A stretch of 13,879 bases of DNA from an uncultured archaeon (GTDB lineage Archaea > Asgardarchaeota > Lokiarchaeia > Sigyniarchaeales > SOKP01): assembly GCA_964486045.1 (NCBI GenBank), contig CAZALK010000035.1, positions 1 to 13,879 of the forward strand. Direction: 5' to 3'. Below, in pieces: positions 7,683 to 13,879 of this stretch. The position numbers and the translations under genes were made by a program. How positions within the stretch are numbered: the stretch's first letter is position 1; each line of letters opens with the position of its first letter. A model generated the notes under the pieces. That model searched no databases. It was given only the letters and a program-made list of their open reading frames with translations, and was not told the origin of the DNA.

Positions 7683-9170
7683 ATGTTTCATATGGAAGAG
7701 AATGAAAAAAATAAACCGATTATAAGCAGTTCTCAATTAACGTTGTTTAAATTTGAACTAAGTCGTTCACAGGTCAGTTTATTCCTAGTTTTATCTGTTA
7801 TGGGTATCTTTATGGTCTCATTCCTTATATCTGGAGATATTTTCATCAATTTATTCCAATTTATATTCTCTACAGTCCCACGTTATTTAGAAAATCCAGG
7901 AGTCTATCATGAAGACTATCTATTCTATAATTCTATACCAATCATTATACGAATAGTTGTCAATATCATATTTATTTCCTTGAGTCTGTATAGTTTGAAA
8001 AGAATTCTAAAAAATAGAACAAGTGAAAATAGACCTAAACAGAAAATTATTTCACAAAAGAGAGTTGTAAATTGGTTTGGTTTAAAAATTTCTCACGGTC
8101 AATCCTTATTTATTTTCAGTGCATCCTTCGCAGGATTAATCTTCATGATACAACTTATTTTGGAACATTTTATATATCCTTTCTCCATGTTTAACCTCCT
8201 GACATCTATTAGTACGATTCCAACCGGTCCAAATCAAGGGATAGGGAGTACCCTATTATCAGACAATATTCCTCTTATAATACAATCAATATTTTTGATA
8301 GTATGTCTTTACAGTCTCTTTATAACTCGAAGAGGTAAACCTATAACTCCTTCAACAAAGGTTACAAAGAATTATGCTCTCCTTATTTTTATTGGTTCGT
8401 TTATCGTATTCATAATCTTCTCAGCCAGAATCTTTTCCCACCTTGCTCTATTCAACAATTTTGTATCGAATCTTTTAGGGATGTCATATACTGCTCCTAA
8501 TTCATATCAAAATAATGACTTTATTAGAACAGTACTATTTGTTAGTGTATCTCTAGTTCTTATGATCTCTAGTTTTTTTCTTAAAGAAAGAAATCATAAA
8601 GATAGGAAAACTCTTGATGAGTTCTCATGGATTCGTATAAAATTAAGCCCCCATAGAACCACAATCTTACTCTCGTCAGCTCTTATCTGTGCTGTTTTTT
8701 TTACTCATTTTTATCTGACTTATGTTTTTATGGTTGGAGATCTGCTTTTCTTCTCAATTCTTGATATTTCATTTCATGTTGTTTTTATTCCGATAATCAT
8801 TTTTTCCTATTATCCAATTGGGAAAATATTAGCAAACCATCGTTTTGAAAAAGCTGTAGAAAGTATTAATAATTCTGGGGAATTTAAGACTAAATGGTTT
8901 AAATTTCGCTTAGACAAAATAAATTCAGTTATCTTACTTTCTGCTAGTAGTGCATTAGTTGTTTTTTATCTTATTGAGCTAATATCCATGAATATGAGTG
9001 CTCAAATATTTTACTCGAACATTGACCTATTTGAATCATATACACTATTTAGCTTTCCCTTTATTATCATTTTTATATTCCTAGCGATTATTGTTAATAT
9101 TTATACTATAATAAAAACACTTCCTTCAATTAAGGACTCTAAATCACAAAAAATAGAAAAAGTAGATTAA
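7683..9170 (+). CDS. Polytopic membrane protein (~10 TM) built of repeated 2-TM units
   Basis: 495 aa with a recurrent motif preceding TM hairpins: TLFKFELSRSQVSLFLVLS, NWFGLKISHGQSLFIFSAS, SWIRIKLSPHRTTILLSSA, KWFKFRLDKINSVILLSAS. Confidence 0.9.
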   Translation: MFHMEENEKNKPIISSSQLTLFKFELSRSQVSLFLVLSVMGIFMVSFLISGDIFINLFQFIFSTVPRYLENPGVYHEDYLFYNSIPIIIRIVVNIIFISLSLYSLKRILKNRTSENRPKQKIISQKRVVNWFGLKISHGQSLFIFSASFAGLIFMIQLILEHFIYPFSMFNLLTSISTIPTGPNQGIGSTLLSDNIPLIIQSIFLIVCLYSLFITRRGKPITPSTKVTKNYALLIFIGSFIVFIIFSARIFSHLALFNNFVSNLLGMSYTAPNSYQNNDFIRTVLFVSVSLVLMISSFFLKERNHKDRKTLDEFSWIRIKLSPHRTTILLSSALICAVFFTHFYLTYVFMVGDLLFFSILDISFHVVFIPIIIFSYYPIGKILANHRFEKAVESINNSGEFKTKWFKFRLDKINSVILLSASSALVVFYLIELISMNMSAQIFYSNIDLFESYTLFSFPFIIIFIFLAIIVNIYTIIKTLPSIKDSKSQKIEKVD

Positions 9171-9176
9171 TAGGAA

Positions 9177-9196
9177 CCATCATCCGGTTTTGATGG
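9177..9196. other. Short intergenic hairpin CCATCA-N8-TGATGG
   Basis: 6-bp perfect stem just after the 7683..9170 stop. There is no downstream U-tract on the + strand. Confidence 0.3.
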
Positions 9197-9217
9197 AAGA
9201 GAAAAGGTAAGAATAAA

Positions 9218-9634
9218 ATGAACATAATCACTGAACTCTTGCGTTATATTATTATCATAATAATAGGGATAATACTTATCAGATGGTATGAGAGAAAAAA
9301 AGGGTGGAACCCTCGATTTAGAACCTCTCTCCTTTTTATTCTTGGTTGGAGAACTCTAATATTCATCTTTGTATTAATTATAACCTTTTATCTTGATCTG
9401 GCTTTTTTGAATGAATTTAGCCTTTATTTTATTTATTCGATTATTTTGGTAATCTTATCGTTTTTTATAAGCATCTTTCTTGGAGTGAAGATTTTTAATC
9501 TTGTTTTTAGACAAAAAATGCAGGAATCCATAGTCATTATTCTCATAATCACCATCATAGAAATGATCCTTGAGAATTTTATTTTATATTCTATCTTAAT
9601 TCCTGAAGCTATAATCTTTAGCTTTAATCTCTAA
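9218..9634 (+). CDS. Small 4-TM hypothetical membrane protein
   Basis: 138 aa with four hydrophobic segments separated by basic loops. Confidence 0.85.
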   Translation: MNIITELLRYIIIIIIGIILIRWYERKKGWNPRFRTSLLFILGWRTLIFIFVLIITFYLDLAFLNEFSLYFIYSIILVILSFFISIFLGVKIFNLVFRQKMQESIVIILIITIIEMILENFILYSILIPEAIIFSFNL

Positions 9635-9827
9635 CTGCGCACAGCGCTAAATACGCTATATAATTCAGATTTTATACTTCCCATTAATAATGAGGAGAGA
9701 TGCTAGAAGAGATAAGAAATCTTCTGTTTGATACGGTATAAGCTCTGAGACTTAAAAATGAGGACTAGTAAATTTTTAATTATTCTAATTCTAATATAAT
9801 TAGGTTTTATTTTTATCTATTCCAGCA

Positions 9828-10343
9828 ATGTACGAAATTAAAAAGAGTACTATAAAAGGAAAAGGCGTGTATGCAACACGAGATATTGTGAAGAATGAAC
9901 ACTTATTCCATATTGACTTAAATCAACTTCCGAGTTATACTTTGGATGAAATCGCTGGAAATCCGAAGTTAGATGCTAAAGGTGATCATTCAGATTATGT
10001 TGGTAATGGAAGGTATGTTATTGATTTTTCTCCACCATCATATATTAATCATTCTTGTTCTCCGAACTGCTATGAAAAAATGAAGACAATTGTTATAAAA
10101 GACATTTATGCACTAAGAGATATTAAGAAAGGTGAGGAATTAACTACCGATTACACATTAACCGCTTTAGACCAATTTGCCGGTAAAGGTTTTTGGGTGA
10201 TGGATTGCAAGTGTGAAAGTAAAAACTGTCGAGGAAAGGTTACTGGTGACTTCTTCACCCTATCAAAGGAGATTCAACGAAAATTTTATGGCAACCTTCC
10301 ATCATCAATAATTAAAAAATATAAAGATCTTTTAATAAGTTAG
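9828..10343 (+). CDS. SET-domain protein-lysine methyltransferase with post-SET zinc motif
   Basis: Motifs KGKGVYATRDI, YINHSCSPNC and ALRDIKKGEELTTDY, plus post-SET CKCESKNCRG. Confidence 0.96.
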   Translation: MYEIKKSTIKGKGVYATRDIVKNEHLFHIDLNQLPSYTLDEIAGNPKLDAKGDHSDYVGNGRYVIDFSPPSYINHSCSPNCYEKMKTIVIKDIYALRDIKKGEELTTDYTLTALDQFAGKGFWVMDCKCESKNCRGKVTGDFFTLSKEIQRKFYGNLPSSIIKKYKDLLIS

Positions 10344-10397
10344 TAAATCAAAAATAGAAATTAATCCTAGATTTATTTAACTACTCGTAAAAGACAG

Positions 10398-10504
10398 AAA
10401 GGTAGTGATCTCTGCCCAGAGTCTCAAGAGGAGACTAAGCCAATACAAAATGTGAGATTAAATTAGCGTATGGAAAACCATACTACCAAAAGACAAAAAT
10501 CCAG
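10398..10504. ncRNA. Structured dispersed element, copy 1 (candidate ncRNA or non-autonomous element; minus strand slightly favoured)
   Basis: Homologous to 13395-13497: 31/38 identity in the first block and an identical final 23 nt. Hairpins are AGTCTC-N5-GAGACT and GTATGG-AAAA-CCATAC. The repeat itself is certain; RNA status is inference. Confidence 0.55.
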
Positions 10505-10634
10505 ATTGAAAAATGAATAAATTCACACCAAATTGAGAAGATTTAAAAAGAATTAATACTATATAACATACAATATTAGTAAATAAATAGTATAAGATTC
10601 TCACTATTTTAAGAATTTAAAGTTGACATAAAGA

Positions 10635-11189
10635 TTGTTAAAGCAAATTAAAGATTTCAATCCAAAAGCGTTAATTAATTCTGAGATATACAGGCAGTAT
10701 GTAGAGAATTTTGAATCAGAAATCTTAAGAGGGATCTCTAAGTTAATTACATTACATACTATCAAGCAGAAGGGGGAAGAGGGAATTTATGGTTACAAAT
10801 TAGCTCAAGATTTAAAGAAGGATCTGAAGAAGGCACTAATTATCAAGGAAGGGACATTATATCCCATTCTACGAAAGTTGAGAGCAGATGGATTACTTTT
10901 TTCAAAAAAGAAAGAATTTAATGGGCGACTCCGGAGCTACCATATAATTACTCCCAATGGGATAGATATATATAATCATTTAATGGGTTTTTTGACGAAT
11001 TTAATCTCTTCTCTTTCCCAAATTGTAGAAATTGAAATAGAGTTGAATAATGATAATTATCTCATTTGTCCTAATTGTTTTAATCGTATCGAGAGTAATA
11101 AAAACAGTATAGGATATTGTAAAGCGTGTGGATTGAATTTGGATCATTTTCAACATAAAGAAAAAAAAATAGGACTTGATAAGAAATGA
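10635..11189 (+). CDS. PadR-family transcriptional regulator with C-terminal zinc ribbon
   Basis: Motifs EILRG, IYGYKLAQDL, IKEGTLYPILRKLRADGLL and GRLRSYHIITPNG, plus CPNC-x13-CKAC. Confidence 0.95.
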   Translation: MLKQIKDFNPKALINSEIYRQYVENFESEILRGISKLITLHTIKQKGEEGIYGYKLAQDLKKDLKKALIIKEGTLYPILRKLRADGLLFSKKKEFNGRLRSYHIITPNGIDIYNHLMGFLTNLISSLSQIVEIEIELNNDNYLICPNCFNRIESNKNSIGYCKACGLNLDHFQHKEKKIGLDKK

Positions 11190-13117
11190 CTATTAAAGAA
11201 GCTGAAATCATAAGTAATTACCTAGGTTTAATCAAAAAAAACCTCCCTTTATCCATTAAATTGAAGAAAAATGAGATGAGAGACATTTTAGATGAAATCG
11301 AGGAACATATATGGGAAAAAGTTATTGAAAGTGCAGGTGATAAAGAACCAACTGAAATTGATATTCAAATTACACTCTCTCAAATGGGAGAGCCAAAAGA
11401 AATAGCAACCAGCTTCGTAAGTAAAAGTACTCCCTATGTTTATATTAGCGAGGAGTTATATCCCACCTATAAAAGATACCGTAAAACGGTTTTTTGGTCA
11501 TTTCTTTTATGGGTAATCTTGTTTTTCGCACCACGGCCAATGGGTGTTGGATATATGTACTTATATGAATTGGTAGAAAATCCCTTGTATAATTATATTT
11601 TGATTATGCCCATAGTAGTAATTTCTATTTTAATAATAATAGGAATCATATTTTGTTATTTATCAATCACCGGATACGTCCCGTATGAAATAAGAGCATC
11701 TAAACTAAAAAAAAGATATATAAACCATAAATATTGGCATAAACTTGTTTTCAAACCATATTTTCAAAATGCAATCTCAATTTTATTTTTAACATTTTTA
11801 TTTAGTGCATTGTCCATTTTTCTAGTGAGATTTTCAATTTTTACGATTCTATTTGTTGTGCTTTCTATAACCAAATTTTTACGAGGATTTTATAGTAGAA
11901 AATCTGTAAATTGGCAAAAATTACTAATCGTAATTGATATATTTCTTATAAGTGTTGTTTTTCTGGATCTGCTTCTTTTGAGGAGTGATTATTATTATCA
12001 CATTCAGAATTTTCTAATTATATGTTTGTTCTTCTATATTTACTATGAAATACTCACATTTACAACATTTAGAGATAGAAAAGATCTTTATTTAAAGGAA
12101 TTGAGTATTGTTGATCGGTTACGCAAAAAGGAAAGTTTAATCGGGGATTTAAAAAGTAATATTATCCCTAATACCCAAAAATTTTCAGATTCAAATAATG
12201 CTTTTGGTTTGGAACTTGAAGAAAAAATAAGAACCTTCTTGAAAAAAGCAAGAAGGAAACTCCCTTTATGGCTGAAAATGTCAAAAAAAGGTGAAATAAT
12301 TCATAATCTCGATGATGAAATAAGAGAAAACATTCAAGAATTTGAAGCAACCAAAACCCTTACTGAAGAGAATTTGAATCAATTAATTTCGGAATTTGAA
12401 ATCTATATCTCAACTGAAGTATGGCCTTGGTATGTCAAAACAACTCCAAGAATTTATATCTCAAAGGAAGTATGGCCTTGGTTTGTAAAAACATTAAAAG
12501 CGATTTTTGTATACTTCATAATTCTCACAATCTTTGTAGTTGCTTTGTCAAGTCTAGTACTCGTGGTGATTTCTTTATTTATTAGGATTTTATTAATTTT
12601 GTTGACATGCACAGTGATTTTAATTACCAGAGCCTTTATATTTTTCTCACTGAATGGTTTCAATTTTAGAAGAAAAGAATCTTTACGAAAAGTTAGTATT
12701 TATCGTTATCCTATCTGGGAAACTCTCTTTGCAGTAATTTATGTAACAAGTGGTATAATAATACTTTCTAGTGAAATTAATTCAGGAGAATTATTTACAA
12801 ACTCTCGGAGTTTTACTTTAATCCTTATAATTGTTGTGTCTCTTTTGTTATTAGGGCTAGTAAAATCATTAAAAATGGTTTTTAAAAAAAAGGGACTAGT
12901 ATTAAAGTCATTTCTAATAATTTCTAGCCTTATACTTGGTCTAGTTATAAATTTTCTTATTGAATATCAATTCAGCACCTTTAATCCCTTTATTCGTTCT
13001 TATCATAGTATGTATGTGTTCTCCTTCCTATTTCTTCCAATTAATATAGAAATAATATACGAAATCTTCCATCTTTTCTTCCAAATAAAACCTTTGGAGA
13101 AGAAAGTATTTAAATAG
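11186..13117 (+). CDS. Membrane protein with two tandem HAAS-like + multi-TM modules
   Basis: N-terminal ISNYLGLIKKNLP...DILDEIEEHIWE...MGEPKEIA is the HAAS signature. A second copy starts at aa ~345 (IRTFLKKARRKLP...NLDDEIRENI). ATGA overlap with PadR. Confidence 0.9.
   Translation: MTIKEAEIISNYLGLIKKNLPLSIKLKKNEMRDILDEIEEHIWEKVIESAGDKEPTEIDIQITLSQMGEPKEIATSFVSKSTPYVYISEELYPTYKRYRKTVFWSFLLWVILFFAPRPMGVGYMYLYELVENPLYNYILIMPIVVISILIIIGIIFCYLSITGYVPYEIRASKLKKRYINHKYWHKLVFKPYFQNAISILFLTFLFSALSIFLVRFSIFTILFVVLSITKFLRGFYSRKSVNWQKLLIVIDIFLISVVFLDLLLLRSDYYYHIQNFLIICLFFYIYYEILTFTTFRDRKDLYLKELSIVDRLRKKESLIGDLKSNIIPNTQKFSDSNNAFGLELEEKIRTFLKKARRKLPLWLKMSKKGEIIHNLDDEIRENIQEFEATKTLTEENLNQLISEFEIYISTEVWPWYVKTTPRIYISKEVWPWFVKTLKAIFVYFIILTIFVVALSSLVLVVISLFIRILLILLTCTVILITRAFIFFSLNGFNFRRKESLRKVSIYRYPIWETLFAVIYVTSGIIILSSEINSGELFTNSRSFTLILIIVVSLLLLGLVKSLKMVFKKKGLVLKSFLIISSLILGLVINFLIEYQFSTFNPFIRSYHSMYVFSFLFLPINIEIIYEIFHLFFQIKPLEKKVFK
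12401..12493 (+). repeat. Diverged 51-bp-period in-frame duplication (IYISTEVWPWYVKT / IYISKEVWPWFVKT)
   Basis: Units start at 12401 and 12452. GAAGTATGGCCTTGGT is identical in both. Confidence 0.93.
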
Positions 13118-13394
13118 ATTAGGGTTTTTGCAATTTTAAGTTCAGAAACATACATTTAAATTAAGTATGATAATATTACTCTTAAAGGATTCATTTTGAA
13201 AAGATGCAGGGTTAGGCAGTGAGCACCATAATTGTCTGTAAATTCTTGTCTAATATACTAAAAATATGAAGCCTATTTATTTGCTTGTTTTTAAAAAACA
13301 ATTACGAAAAATCTGGACTTTAAAACTCTCTCCTGTAAACAAAAAATCTTCTAAAAAATTCAGAATCTTTAATAAATCAATCTTTGAAAATGTT

Positions 13395-13497
13395 AAAGGT
13401 GATGCTCACTACCCAGAGTCTCAATAAGAGACAAACCAATATAAGGGTGAGAAATTGTAAGTGTAACAAGTTACACTACCAAAAGACAAAAATCCAG
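13395..13497. ncRNA. Structured dispersed element, copy 2
   Basis: Same orientation as copy 1. Hairpins are GTCTC-N5-GAGAC and AGTGTAA-CAAG-TTACACT; the invariant block is ACTACCAAAAGACAAAAATCCAG. Confidence 0.55.
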
Positions 13498-13604
13498 GGG
13501 CGGATAGTGAACATCATATTTGATTTTAAATCTTTGTCTATGCATTATATACGCCTTAATTATTTAATTCCTTGCATTTTAAAAAATAATGGGAATATTC
13601 ACCC

Positions 13605-13790
13605 TCAGAAATCTGTGTGCTCCTTAAATTTTTTCACTTTAGAGAGATATTCAGTGCAGAGCACTCGACAATCGGGAACTTTGCATAGAAACCTATGTTT
13701 TGGAAGGGTACATAAATTAACCAGTGGACATTTTATCAACTCTATTTCGGGGACAAAAATTGGTTTTGATTCATTTGAGTCAATTGTCAT
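13605..13790 (-). CDS. Small Cys-rich putative metal-binding protein
   Basis: 61 aa with an ATG start and C-x5-C-x4-H-x3-C-x4-C-x3-C. AT-rich TATA-like sequence lies upstream. Confidence 0.7.
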   Translation of the reverse strand: MTIDSNESKPIFVPEIELIKCPLVNLCTLPKHRFLCKVPDCRVLCTEYLSKVKKFKEHTDF

Positions 13791-13879
13791 TATAACTATC
13801 TTTTATTGAGGGAGTTTTTAAATAAAAAATTATTTTGAATCCTTTAAAACAGAAGGGGGTAATAAATTAGTTAGCAATC

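Noticed and set aside
7497-7736. 79-aa minus-strand ORF
   Set aside because: Antisense shadow of two well-supported + strand genes.
9628-9680. Possible integron attC site (CTCTAAC at a stop codon)
   Set aside because: There is no matching GTTRRRY with an extended imperfect palindrome, and other genes lack similar sites.
10494-10501. Sm-site-like GAUUUUUG on the minus strand of the invariant block, followed by a hairpin
   Set aside because: It is suggestive, but too short in AT-rich DNA: a similar AATTTTTG occurs at 6170-6177. Revisit only if the RNA is shown to exist.
10556-10593. ATACTAT...ATAGTAT inverted repeat as a PadR operator
   Set aside because: Low-complexity 7-bp arms with a 24-nt spacer are not distinguishable from background.
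12168-12663. Minus-strand ORFs 12168..12350 and 12454..12663
   Set aside because: Antisense shadows within the 643-aa membrane protein.
10398-13497. DGR template/variable repeat or CRISPR interpretation of the repeats
   Set aside because: Differences include indels and are not adenine-specific. Both copies are intergenic, no reverse transcriptase is present, and there is no regularly spaced repeat-spacer array.
13384-13809. 141-aa + strand ORF
   Set aside because: TTG start and no recognisable motif. It overlaps both the structured element and the more plausible minus-strand Cys-rich gene, and the frame is not conserved in copy 1 of the element.

Overview
Strongly AT-rich window, most likely from an Asgard archaeon (Lokiarchaeia/Promethearchaeota). 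This is inferred from an IPGY-TM-basic Loki-CTERM-type sorting tail, C-terminal zinc ribbons, TATA-type promoters and many orphan membrane proteins. It is an accessory region. It encodes several uncharacterised membrane or secreted proteins, a class I SAM methyltransferase, a SET/post-SET lysine methyltransferase, a surface beta-propeller, and two translationally coupled winged-helix regulator + membrane protein pairs (one is PadR-zinc ribbon + double-HAAS). It also holds at least three decayed gene remnants. The most notable non-coding signals are two repeats. (i) A ~105-nt element occurs twice (10398-10504, 13395-13497), bracketing the PadR/HAAS operon; one of its hairpins is conserved in structure despite sequence turnover, so it is a candidate undescribed structured ncRNA or non-autonomous mobile/recombination element. 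(ii) A 137-bp direct repeat (154-290, 1941-2077) duplicates a promoter, a candidate operator and the first 8 codons of a gene, and creates a 27-aa membrane micro-ORF. No transposase, integrase, reverse transcriptase, tRNA, rRNA or CRISPR array was seen.
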